Assembly (NCBI GenBank): GCA_963668315.1
Contig: OY764216.1
Span: 2,912,001-2,976,000, forward strand
Source of the DNA: Spirochaetia bacterium
Lineage (GTDB): Bacteria; Spirochaetota; Spirochaetia; DSM-2461
Direction: 5' to 3'
DNA: 64,000 nucleotides
How positions within the stretch are numbered: the stretch's first letter is position 1; the number at the start of each line of letters is the position of its first letter. Shown in pieces: positions 10,432 to 19,378 of the stretch. The notes below the pieces were generated by a model that had not been told where the DNA came from, did not search any database, and saw only the letters and a list, made by a program, of their open reading frames with translations. The translations under genes and the position numbers were made by a program.

Positions 10432-11192
10432 CAAATATCACACGTTTGGAAGATGAGCATCTGGAAGTTCTCTGGCTTCTGGAGGAGAAGGGACTTTCCA
10501 GTGAGAGGGCCCTGTCCGAAAGACTGGGAGGCCAGTATGATCCGTCCATTATGGAGAGACTGGAAGAGAGGGGGCTGTTAAAAGGCCTTCTCCTGACCGA
10601 GGGGGGGAAGGACTATACGAAAAGGCTCATAAGGGCCCACCGTCTGGCTGAGCGTCTCCTGAACGATGTTCTGGGCTTACGCGATTACGAAGTGGGAGCC
10701 TGTGAGTTTGAGCATATCATGAACCGGGAGATCCTCGACGGGCTGTGTACTCTTCTCGGCCATCCGACCCAGTGCCCCCACGGCCTTCCCATTCCCCCGG
10801 GAGACTGCTGCATCAAAAAGGAGAGCCACGTTAACCAGGCGGTTCACTCCCTTACTTCCCTGCGGCCGGGGGAGAGTCTGAAAATCCTCTACATACAAAC
10901 CCAGAACGACAGGGAGCTGCATATCCTGGAGGGGATGCAGATCCGACCGGGAAAAACGGTAAAAATTCATCAGACACGGCCGGCTCTGGTCATAGAAGTG
11001 GAAGGGACCCATATCGCCCTGGACGAATCGGTGGGAGATAAGATTCTCGGGCTTACGGAAGACCTTGATAACGAACTGCCCCGGGAGCGGGGGGCGGGAA
11101 ACAGGGGCAGACGCCCAGGATCACGCCGTCACGGCCGGGGCCGGGGGTTTCACCGGCACGACCATAATCCCAAAGCGGGATTGGATATATAA
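10428..11192 (+). CDS. DtxR/MntR-family metal-dependent regulator with C-terminal FeoA domain
   Basis: RAHRLAERLL, ACEFEH, LGHPTQCPHGLPIP; SH3-like FeoA region; coupled to feoB. Confidence 0.88.
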   Translation: MTNITRLEDEHLEVLWLLEEKGLSSERALSERLGGQYDPSIMERLEERGLLKGLLLTEGGKDYTKRLIRAHRLAERLLNDVLGLRDYEVGACEFEHIMNREILDGLCTLLGHPTQCPHGLPIPPGDCCIKKESHVNQAVHSLTSLRPGESLKILYIQTQNDRELHILEGMQIRPGKTVKIHQTRPALVIEVEGTHIALDESVGDKILGLTEDLDNELPRERGAGNRGRRPGSRRHGRGRGFHRHDHNPKAGLDI

Positions 11193-12406
11193 TAGATATC
11201 CTCTCCCTTCACGCTGTTCCAGCCGTCCTTAAGCCTGTCGGAATCGTAGAGAGATTCGGTTGCCGCCAGATCGGCATAGCGGAAACCGGCGTTTTCTATC
11301 TCTTCCCTTGAAAGGCCGCCCGGGCAGTAGGTAATGGAGAACCGTCCCTCGGAAGAACCGTGGATAAGATGGGCCGCCGCGCTCAGGTTGGCGGCAAGAT
11401 CCTCCTCCTTCTCCACCAGTTCCAGAGTGCGCGGCGTTCCCTTATAGCCGTAGCGGCGGATGAGCCCGTCTATGGTCTTGTCCTCTCCGAATTCCCTGAC
11501 CCCCGGAGCCAGAACAATAAGTTCTCCCCCGTCCGCCATAGCCATTCTTGTGCGGTAGATGGACTTGTTGCCCAGCCAGGTTGACTTGAACTCATCCCCG
11601 TCCAGCCGGACGATACATTTGCGGAAGGGCTTGTCCACACGGATAAAATTGATCTCCTTCGAAAGGGCCGCCGCCCGGAGATAGCACTCCCTGTCATTGC
11701 CGATGAAAAGACCCCTGACCGCCAGGGAACCGTCCTTCCGTGCGCCGATGACGGTGAGGACATACACCAGGGGAAGATGGGCGGCAAAATGATCCGCTCC
11801 GTAATTCAGAACCCTTCTTACCGGGGAATCCGCCTCACCCATGATCCTCTCCATACCGTAGACGGCCCCCAGGAAATGGCTTTTGTGAATGGCCTCTTCC
11901 CCTCCGGTGCCCACAAAGACGTTTTTCGTGTAATTGGCCATGCCGATGACTTCATGGGGAACCACCTGGCCGATGGAGAGAATGAGATCATGGCCCCCCT
12001 CTGCCAGGAGGCGGTTTACCTGGGCGGGCCAGTCGTAGTGGAGCTTCCCTTCGGAAACTTCTTCGATAAAGGAGGCGGGAACTCTTCCCAGGGTCACCAG
12101 GTCTTCCCTCCATTGATGCTCCCGGAAAAGGGAGAGAGGGACGGGACCGAACATTTTTCCTATCTGTTCCGGCGACATGGGGGCATGGGTTCCCAGGGCG
12201 GGCATGACGTCGCTCAGTGAGTCTCCGTAGTGCTCCCAGGCCATTCTGGTCAGATCTCCCGCCCTTGAATGGAACCGGGTGAAATCCGGAGGAAGGGCAA
12301 GGACCTTTTTTCTTGAACCCAGCTTTGCGAAAGCCTCTTCCAGGCCTTCCCTCAAATCGGAATCGGACAGATCATCGGTGGGCGATCCCTTGGAAAAATA
12401 GATCAT
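11150..12406 (-). CDS. Lactate-racemase (LarA)-like / DUF2088 protein
   Basis: PPDFTR, ALGTHAPM, VVPHEVIG, ADGGELIVLAPG motifs. Confidence 0.75.
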   Translation of the reverse strand: MIYFSKGSPTDDLSDSDLREGLEEAFAKLGSRKKVLALPPDFTRFHSRAGDLTRMAWEHYGDSLSDVMPALGTHAPMSPEQIGKMFGPVPLSLFREHQWREDLVTLGRVPASFIEEVSEGKLHYDWPAQVNRLLAEGGHDLILSIGQVVPHEVIGMANYTKNVFVGTGGEEAIHKSHFLGAVYGMERIMGEADSPVRRVLNYGADHFAAHLPLVYVLTVIGARKDGSLAVRGLFIGNDRECYLRAAALSKEINFIRVDKPFRKCIVRLDGDEFKSTWLGNKSIYRTRMAMADGGELIVLAPGVREFGEDKTIDGLIRRYGYKGTPRTLELVEKEEDLAANLSAAAHLIHGSSEGRFSITYCPGGLSREEIENAGFRYADLAATESLYDSDRLKDGWNSVKGEDIYYISNPALGLWSCR

Positions 12407-12463
12407 TTTTTTTCTCCCCGTTTCATTAACTGTACTATGGTTTTACCCCGCTGGCAAGATATT

Positions 12464-13285
12464 TCAGACCCGCTCCAGAATCCACCGGGCATAATCGCGC
12501 CGTACCTCATCCCCGCAGCTGTCGTTTATCAGGTTGTGATAGGCATCGGGGTATACCTTCAGGGTTTTATCATCGGAAGCAGCCTTTTCGTAGAATAGGG
12601 AAATCGGTTCGAGGGGAACCATTTTGTCTCCCGAACCATAGGCAATGAGAAGGGGCGTCGGGAAGTCCGGCGCTCCGGCCAGCAGCCGCTTCTGGGCTTT
12701 GATCATCTCGCTGCCCCAGCGGGCCGTCACTCTTCCGTCGCAGAGGGGGTCTTCATCATACCGACGGACGACCTGTTCCTCCCGGCTGACATAATCTGAT
12801 TTCAGGCCGATATCTATGCGCAGGGCGGGAAAGAGTTTGGATATAAGAGAGCTGACCATAACAAGAAAGGGAGGGACATTGTCGGTGCCGAGACCGGGGG
12901 AAGAGGCGATGACTCCGGCCGATTTTTCTCTGCTTCCCAGGGCAAAGTCGAGGACAACGGTTCCCCCCATGCTGAATCCCAGAAGAAACACAGGGAGATG
13001 GAAATAGCGCCTTTTCTGCAGGAACATCACCTCGGCGAGATCGCTGCGGTACTCCTCCCAGCGGGAAATATACATTCGTCTGCCCGCCGACCGGCCCGCT
13101 CCCCGGCAGTCATAGGCCAGCACGGCGATTCCCCTTTCGGATAGGGCCAGGCATGCCTCTTCATACATTCCCCCGTGCTCACCCGTTCCGTGGACGAGAA
13201 TTAAAGAGGCCCGGGGTTCCTCCGGATCGAAAAAGCGTATGAAAAGTTCCGTCCCGTCTCTGGTCATAAGAGTCGTCTCTTCCAT
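12464..13285 (-). CDS. Alpha/beta hydrolase, lysophospholipase/monoacylglycerol-lipase type
   Basis: VHGTGEH, GFSMGG nucleophile elbow, D and H triad positions; ATG 13285 with AAGGAG SD. Confidence 0.85.
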   Translation of the reverse strand: MEETTLMTRDGTELFIRFFDPEEPRASLILVHGTGEHGGMYEEACLALSERGIAVLAYDCRGAGRSAGRRMYISRWEEYRSDLAEVMFLQKRRYFHLPVFLLGFSMGGTVVLDFALGSREKSAGVIASSPGLGTDNVPPFLVMVSSLISKLFPALRIDIGLKSDYVSREEQVVRRYDEDPLCDGRVTARWGSEMIKAQKRLLAGAPDFPTPLLIAYGSGDKMVPLEPISLFYEKAASDDKTLKVYPDAYHNLINDSCGDEVRRDYARWILERV

Positions 13286-13440
13286 ATTGATACTCCTTGA
13301 AGGAAGATGTACTGATTGAATTTTAATCCACTTTGAAGGGGGATGCAAAATCTCGCCCCGCTCCCTTAGGGGGATTTCCGAAAAAACTGGCCATTTCATC
13401 CTATTCATGATAAGGTGTTCACCGGAGGATAGACTACTGT

Positions 13441-14184
13441 ATGAGAGAGCCCAAACCTAAAACCGAAGCCGCCGTCCGATCGGGAGTGGTCGTTTCACTG
13501 ATTGAAGAAATGCTGGAGTCCGATGAGGGGCTCAGAGCGTCCCTGCCTTCCGGTGCGTACGCCGTCGCCCTGTCCGCTCCGGAGGGTCTTCGCCGGAAAG
13601 TGAGTTTCAACGGAGGGAGGAGCGGGGTCTCCCTGTTTTTTCCCCGGTGGCAAAATATGACTTCCCTTCTTTCCGGAGAGAAGGGGACGGTTATTCCCCT
13701 CCCTTCCGGCACCGCTTTCCCCAAGGCGGTCAAGGCGTTTCAGAAGGCGGCGGGAGCCGTCGCCTCCGCCATGGGGGAAAAGCCCGTTGACGGCGATGTG
13801 GAGGGGCTTGAGAAAAAGACGCGCCTTTTACTGACCGCCGCGCTGAGGGGGGTCTGCGAAGTATACAATTACGACCACTGGGTCGATGTCAAAGCCCGGA
13901 ATATTCCTGCGGGAAGAATCGGCGTCAGGGTCGCGGACCGGCCCGATATGTGCGGGGTTCTGACCCTTGACGGTAAGACCATGACCCTGAGCCGCAGGGA
14001 CTATACCGACCGGGTCAATGCGGTGCTGGAGTTCCGCGACCCCTCCGTCTGCTACGCCGTTCTGACCGGGGCCGAACCGGCCCTGGGAGCGCTGGGGGAC
14101 GGACGGGTGATGATTAGGGGGCGTTTGCCCATGATACAGGGGCTTTTTCCCCTGCTGGACAGATTCGGGGAGATAATGGGATGA
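13441..14184 (+). CDS. Hypothetical protein with SCP2 (sterol carrier)-like domain(s)
   Basis: C-terminal VLEF...VLTG...ALGDGRVMIRG pattern typical of SCP2; GGAGG SD. Confidence 0.55.
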   Translation: MREPKPKTEAAVRSGVVVSLIEEMLESDEGLRASLPSGAYAVALSAPEGLRRKVSFNGGRSGVSLFFPRWQNMTSLLSGEKGTVIPLPSGTAFPKAVKAFQKAAGAVASAMGEKPVDGDVEGLEKKTRLLLTAALRGVCEVYNYDHWVDVKARNIPAGRIGVRVADRPDMCGVLTLDGKTMTLSRRDYTDRVNAVLEFRDPSVCYAVLTGAEPALGALGDGRVMIRGRLPMIQGLFPLLDRFGEIMG

Positions 14185-15395
14185 GATACGAGAAAAGTCA
14201 GGAAATATACAAACGAGCCATCAAGTGCATACCCGGGGGGATTTACGGGTCGAAAAGTCCCGGATTCACCGTGCCGGGGCAGTTCCCCTACTATTTTACC
14301 GAAGGCGAGGGCTGCCGGGTCAAGGATCCCGACGGGAACGAGTATATCGATTATCTGTGCGGTTTCGGTTCGATGCTTCTGGGATTCGGCCATCCCCGGG
14401 TGGACGAGCCGGCCATCGCACAGCTCAGGAAAGGGGACCTTCTGGACTGCCCTTCACCGGTCATGGTGGATCTGGCGGAGAGGCTGGCCTCGTTGATCGA
14501 CGGCATGGACTGGACGGTCTTCGCCAAAAACGGGACGGATGCGACGAATCTGGCCGTATCCCTGGCCCGGGTGCATACGGGGAAAAAACGCATTCTCATG
14601 GCCCGGGGGGCGTACCACGGTTCGGCCAACTGGTGCTCCACCAACGACTATCCCGTTCTGGATGACAAAGTCCATGTGCATACCTTTCCCTACGGAGACG
14701 AAGCGGCCCTGGAAGAGCTGTTTGAGAGGTATAAGGGGGAGATCGCCTGTATCATTCTCACCCCCTATCACCATCCGACTTACGGAAATCAGATACTGCC
14801 GGAAACAAGCTGGTACCCCAGGGTGGAGAGCCTTTGCGATTCCGAGGGAGCCCTCTTCATCATGGATGATATCCGGGCGAATTTCCGTCTCTCCCTCAAC
14901 GGTTCCCACAGTTACTTCGGGGCCCGTCCCCATATGGTGACCATGGGGAAATCCCTGGCCAACGGCTATCCCATCGCCGCCCTGATGGGAACGGAGAAGT
15001 TGAAATCCACGGCGGGGGGCTTTTTCATCACCGGAACCTTCTGGACCTCTTCTGTGCCGATGATCGCCGCCATGCACTGTCTGGATGTGATGGAGGAGGA
15101 GAAGGTGCAGGATCACGTTCTGAGGGTGGGGCGTCTGCTCAAGGACGGCCTGAAGCAGGCTGCCGCCGACGCCGGCCATGAAGTAACCCTGTCCGGTCCC
15201 GATTCCATCCCCTTCATGACCTTCGACCGTGATCCCGATTCCTATCTGAGTCAGCAGTTTTCCGCCTCCATGGCCCGGAGGGGCGTCTATCTTCACCCCC
15301 ACCACAACTGGTTCCTCTCCCTGGCTCACAAGGAGGAGGATATCGCCGAAACGGTGGAGAAGGCTGCCCTGGCTTTTAAGGAGCTAGAGGGCTGA
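14181..15395 (+). CDS. Class III PLP aminotransferase (GSA-aminomutase-like subfamily, substrate unknown)
   Basis: DGNEYIDY, NGTDAT, YHG, MDDIR, GKSLANGYP (PLP Lys). Confidence 0.85.
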   Translation: MRYEKSQEIYKRAIKCIPGGIYGSKSPGFTVPGQFPYYFTEGEGCRVKDPDGNEYIDYLCGFGSMLLGFGHPRVDEPAIAQLRKGDLLDCPSPVMVDLAERLASLIDGMDWTVFAKNGTDATNLAVSLARVHTGKKRILMARGAYHGSANWCSTNDYPVLDDKVHVHTFPYGDEAALEELFERYKGEIACIILTPYHHPTYGNQILPETSWYPRVESLCDSEGALFIMDDIRANFRLSLNGSHSYFGARPHMVTMGKSLANGYPIAALMGTEKLKSTAGGFFITGTFWTSSVPMIAAMHCLDVMEEEKVQDHVLRVGRLLKDGLKQAAADAGHEVTLSGPDSIPFMTFDRDPDSYLSQQFSASMARRGVYLHPHHNWFLSLAHKEEDIAETVEKAALAFKELEG

Positions 15396-16532
15396 CATCA
15401 GTTTGAACATGAGAATCCCCAGGTAGTTCCCCAGGGCGTATCCCATCAGGCCGGCGGTTATGCCAGGCCCGATGAGGGACGGTCTTTTCAGGGCCGTGCC
15501 GGTGACGCCCACAAAGGGAGGGGAGCAGATGGCCGCCGTACTGGCGATGAGCATGGTATCCACGTCTATCCGGAAAATCCGGCAGAGCACCACATGGACG
15601 ATCATGGAAAAGAAGAGGGCGTAGGCCACGAAGAGAAACACGCCGGGAGTGGAGCCCAGGATGCGGGAAAAATCCCCCATAGCCCCGGTGGAAGCGCTGA
15701 ATACCAGGATAAAATACTCCCCGAAGGCGAAGGTATCGGGAATATTTCTGACCTTTTCATTCAGTGAAGCCAGGAGGCTGAGAGTGGTGATGACAAGTAT
15801 GACAACGAGGGTCTGATTCTCCTGGCCGACGAAAAGGGTGAAAGAGGCTCCCACGGCGAATATGATAACCGCCAGCAGCAGCGCCAATGCCAGAGGCCCG
15901 GTTTTTTCCCGGGTGAAAACTTCCCTGAGAGGCTTCAGCTCCTCCCCGTAGTCCCGGCCCTCATCCTCCCGTTCCGTTATCGATTCCTGTCTGAGGACGC
16001 GGGAGAGGACGGGGCGGGCGACGGTAATGACGAACATCAGGTAGAGGGAGCTCAGAAGAATATCCGAGGCATGGACGGCCAGGTAGAGATCCGCCGGAAC
16101 GGACAGGGCCGATCTTATGGCCGCCAGATTGGGCGTTCCCCCCGTATATACCCCCACAAGCATGCCGGCCAGGCGGGGGAAATCCTCCAGCCGGGGGGCG
16201 AAGAAGAACCGGCCCATTCCCAGAGTCAGTGCAATGGAACAGGCGGCCAGGGCCATGGCAATACCGGTTTTCCCCGATTCGGCGAACCAGGTACGGATAT
16301 TGACCGAGAAGAGCATGAGTGGGATGGAGAGGGCCACCGTGACGGTGGCAATAGTGTCCAGAAGGGGGGCGGCCTCCTCCCCGATGATGCCGGCGTTCAC
16401 CAGAATCAGACCGAAAAGGTAGGCGGCCACTATGGGATTGATCTTTCTGAGAAGGGGGTAGGTCGTCCGTGCATAGTGGACTCCTACGGGAAAGCCGAAC
16501 ATGGCGGCTGAGAGAAGCACTGTTTCCGTCAT
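15384..16532 (-). CDS. DUF819 family membrane protein
   Basis: GVYTGGTPNL and GYALGNYLG motifs, multiple TM helices. Confidence 0.75.
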   Translation of the reverse strand: MTETVLLSAAMFGFPVGVHYARTTYPLLRKINPIVAAYLFGLILVNAGIIGEEAAPLLDTIATVTVALSIPLMLFSVNIRTWFAESGKTGIAMALAACSIALTLGMGRFFFAPRLEDFPRLAGMLVGVYTGGTPNLAAIRSALSVPADLYLAVHASDILLSSLYLMFVITVARPVLSRVLRQESITEREDEGRDYGEELKPLREVFTREKTGPLALALLLAVIIFAVGASFTLFVGQENQTLVVILVITTLSLLASLNEKVRNIPDTFAFGEYFILVFSASTGAMGDFSRILGSTPGVFLFVAYALFFSMIVHVVLCRIFRIDVDTMLIASTAAICSPPFVGVTGTALKRPSLIGPGITAGLMGYALGNYLGILMFKLMSAL

Positions 16533-16609
16533 AGGGACATATCCTAGACGCAGGGGAGAATTACGTCAAGTTTATTAAGGATTATCCCCCGGGGAGAAAG
16601 GAAAAAACG

Positions 16610-17863
16610 CTATAAATCACGGGAATAGAGGGTGATGCGGTTCTTTCCCCTCTTCTTGGACTGGTACATGGCTTCATCGGCCCTGCTGATAATGTTCTTT
16701 TCATCCCCTTCCCAGTGGCGGCTGCAGAGGATTCCCATGCTCAGGGTAGGCTGCCGGTCGAATCCCAGGTCGGAAAGGGCTTCCCGGCTTTTAGCCTGAA
16801 AACGGTCTCGGATGCCTTCCGCTGCGTTCAGAGCCTGTTCTGGAGGGCAGTCATCCATAAGAAGGAGGAACTCATCCCCGCCGATTCGGGCGGGAATATC
16901 GCTTTCCCGGGTCTCATGGAGGAGAACCTCGCCCAGAATCTTAAGGATTTCATCACCCCCTTCGTGACCCGCTTCATCGTTGATCTCCTTCATCCCGTCC
17001 AGGTCGATGTAGAGTAGGGCGTAGAGGCGGAAATTCCTCCTCAGCTGGGATATGCAGTGGGAGAGGCTTTCCCAGATATAATCCCTTGAATAGACACCGG
17101 TCAGACCGTCATGGATGAGATCTTCCAGATACCGGGTCATCTCCTGCTCCAGAATCTCCTTTTCCTTCTGATCCTTACAGATGAAGGACTGGGTGTACCA
17201 GGTGAAACAGGCGGTCATGATGATCATGCCGATCCAGGACTGGGTTCTGGCCAGGGAGAACACAGCTGAGAGCAGTCCGTAGGCCCCCAGTACAAGAAAG
17301 CCTCCTGCCAGACCGATCATTAAAGGGCGGAATTCCCCGGCTTCCTTTCTCAGGAATACGGAGAGAGAGGTTCTTATGACCAGATAGGCGCAGATCAGAA
17401 TGTTGAGGATAATAAAGGGGGAAAATAACTCTCCTTTGACGAGGGAGTTATGGTTTTTTGCAGGATTCAGAACGGGAAGGAAGTAGTGATTTCCCTTCAG
17501 CCAGATCGAAAGGGTCAGCAGAATGAGGACCGTGAAGAGCCCCGCCCTAGTGATGGGGGGGATTTTTTTTATCCGATTGCTGAAAAGGGCGCCGGTCAGA
17601 GCGATGAGAAGGATGGCCGTGTAGTTCATCCTTGTCCAGAATAGTACCGAAGGAATACCCGGCAGCCAGGAGTAGAGGGAAAAACTGAATAGATGGAGAA
17701 AAATCGCCAGCTGAATAAGAATGATCTCCCCGATCGGCCTGTCCGTGCGGATGGTTCTGGCCTGTGATGCCAGAACCAGGGTTAAGCTGAGGATGATCAG
17801 AGCCGAGAGCAGGCTGATGGCGCTGTCGCAGGGGATATGGATATAGGAAGAGGAATCGGTCAC
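16610..17863 (-). CDS. Membrane-anchored diguanylate cyclase (about 7 TM + GGDEF)
   Basis: HDGLTGVY, DLDGMK, RESD I-site, GGDEF, ADEAMYQSK. Confidence 0.88.
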   Translation of the reverse strand: MTDSSSYIHIPCDSAISLLSALIILSLTLVLASQARTIRTDRPIGEIILIQLAIFLHLFSFSLYSWLPGIPSVLFWTRMNYTAILLIALTGALFSNRIKKIPPITRAGLFTVLILLTLSIWLKGNHYFLPVLNPAKNHNSLVKGELFSPFIILNILICAYLVIRTSLSVFLRKEAGEFRPLMIGLAGGFLVLGAYGLLSAVFSLARTQSWIGMIIMTACFTWYTQSFICKDQKEKEILEQEMTRYLEDLIHDGLTGVYSRDYIWESLSHCISQLRRNFRLYALLYIDLDGMKEINDEAGHEGGDEILKILGEVLLHETRESDIPARIGGDEFLLLMDDCPPEQALNAAEGIRDRFQAKSREALSDLGFDRQPTLSMGILCSRHWEGDEKNIISRADEAMYQSKKRGKNRITLYSRDL

Positions 17864-19107
17864 GTCCCGTCCCCCCTGTAATGGGTGATTCGGTCTTTTC
17901 CCGATTTCTTGGATTGATACATGGCCCGGTCGGCGCGGGACACCAGCTCCTTGGGGGAATCGGTCCAGTACTCACGGCTGACGATTCCTATGCTCAGGGA
18001 GAGACTCTCCCTGTTGCTCCAGTCGGAGAAATCGCCTTCCCTCCGGGAGGCGAAAAGCTTCTGGATATGGCGGGCCACTTTCTCTGCCCCCGCGGATGAG
18101 CTGTCCGGAAGAAACACGACAAATTCATCTCCCCCCATACGGGCGGCAATATCATAATTCCTCGTTTTGTCGAGTAGTATGTTTCCCAGGGCCTTAAGGA
18201 GAGCGTCCCCGGCGGCATGACCTCTTTCGTCGTTGAGAATTTTAAAATTGTCCACATCGAGATAGAGCAGACTGCATTCGTGGATGTTTCTGTTAATCTG
18301 GCTGTTTACCTGATGAATCGTTTCATAGAGATAATCCCGGGTGTAGACACCGGTAAGATTGTCATGGATGAGGTTATGATAGATTTTTGCCCTCTCCTTT
18401 CTGAGCCTTTCCAGTTCCTCGTGGTTTTCATGGACGCTGCGGGATACGTAGAGGGCCAGGGAAAAGGCCAGGGCGGCCGGTCCTACCCAGAGCTGGGGCT
18501 TTCCCCGGGACAGAACCGCCGAATATATCCCATCGAAGGAAGCGGAGAGAAAGAAAACCGCCATCCCGAAGACGACAGGTTTCAACCGGGGCTGCCGTTT
18601 CCGGTTTCTGAGGATGAAAATAATCATTTTGATGAGAACAAAGGCTGAAAGGAGAATCAAAAGGCCGATGTAATAGGGAAAAAGCGGACCTTTGATGACG
18701 GAATGATGGGATTTTTCCGGATTAAGACTGCCGGTGAAAATATAGGAGCCGGGAAGGAACATGATGGCCGTCAGAGCCAGGGAGAAGACGGCGTAGACAC
18801 GGCTCGTCAGGCCGTGTTTTCTCCCTTTGAGAGAATCATCGAGTAAACTGCAGGCACCGGGAGTAAGGGACGCCCCGGCGTAACAGATCCTGGTCCAGAG
18901 CAGAACATTTTCTGCCTCAAGGGATGATGTGTACAGAGCATATCCCAGAAGAAAAATGAAAAGGGACAGCTGGATGAGAATAAAATCCAGGGTCAGAATC
19001 ATGGTATGTCTCATTCTTATGTATAAGAGGCTGTATAAAGTGAACAGGAATACCAGGAACGCCCCCGCCAGGCTTCCCAGGGCATCCGTGTGAATGGCCA
19101 GATACAT
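17860..19107 (-). CDS. Membrane-anchored diguanylate cyclase (about 7 TM + GGDEF), paralog of neighbour
   Basis: HDNLTGVY, DVDNFK, RNYD I-site, GGDEF, ADRAMYQSK. Confidence 0.88.
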   Translation of the reverse strand: MYLAIHTDALGSLAGAFLVFLFTLYSLLYIRMRHTMILTLDFILIQLSLFIFLLGYALYTSSLEAENVLLWTRICYAGASLTPGACSLLDDSLKGRKHGLTSRVYAVFSLALTAIMFLPGSYIFTGSLNPEKSHHSVIKGPLFPYYIGLLILLSAFVLIKMIIFILRNRKRQPRLKPVVFGMAVFFLSASFDGIYSAVLSRGKPQLWVGPAALAFSLALYVSRSVHENHEELERLRKERAKIYHNLIHDNLTGVYTRDYLYETIHQVNSQINRNIHECSLLYLDVDNFKILNDERGHAAGDALLKALGNILLDKTRNYDIAARMGGDEFVVFLPDSSSAGAEKVARHIQKLFASRREGDFSDWSNRESLSLSIGIVSREYWTDSPKELVSRADRAMYQSKKSGKDRITHYRGDGT

Positions 19108-19178
19108 CCGTTTCTCCTTCCCTGTAAGTAATATTGTAGCAGGAAATAGTCCGATGTACAGTCAAAAATTGTAAATCC

Positions 19179-19207
19179 TTGACAAAGCGGGATTTTGTCG
19201 ATATAAA
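19179..19207 (+). promoter_or_regulatory. Sigma70 promoter of the valS leader
   Basis: TTGACA-17-TATAAA, 7 nt before the leader ATG. Confidence 0.7.
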
Positions 19208-19214
19208 AAGAGAC

Positions 19215-19307
19215 ATGAAAATTATTCTTTCCGCAGGAAAATCGAATGTCTCACTCGTCGTCGTCAGCGTGGTCGGCAGGAAAAAAGACATTTTTAGCGG
19301 AGAGTAA
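19215..19307 (+). CDS. Val-rich leader peptide MKIILSAGKSNVSLVVVSVVGRKKDIFSGE (not in ORF track)
   Basis: Manual translation; 6 Val codons in 9 consecutive codons; lies upstream of a terminator and valS. Confidence 0.8.
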   Translation: MKIILSAGKSNVSLVVVSVVGRKKDIFSGE

Positions 19308-19323
19308 GCAACCATAAAGGCAT

Positions 19324-19353
19324 AAGGCTCCGCTCTGGCGGGGCTTTTTTTTT
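19324..19353 (+). terminator. Attenuator terminator before valS
   Basis: AAGGCTCCGC-tctg-GCGGGGCTTT followed by a T run; 5' arm alternatively pairs with AGCGGAG at 19296-19302. Confidence 0.85.
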
Positions 19354-19378
19354 GGGGCGATTACAGGAGGACAGGAAC

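Noticed and set aside
14181..15395. hemL assignment
   Set aside because: Divergent from canonical HemL motifs and no tetrapyrrole context
19215..19378. T-box riboswitch before valS
   Set aside because: No TGGNACC T-box sequence and no room for stem I; the leader-peptide model fits better
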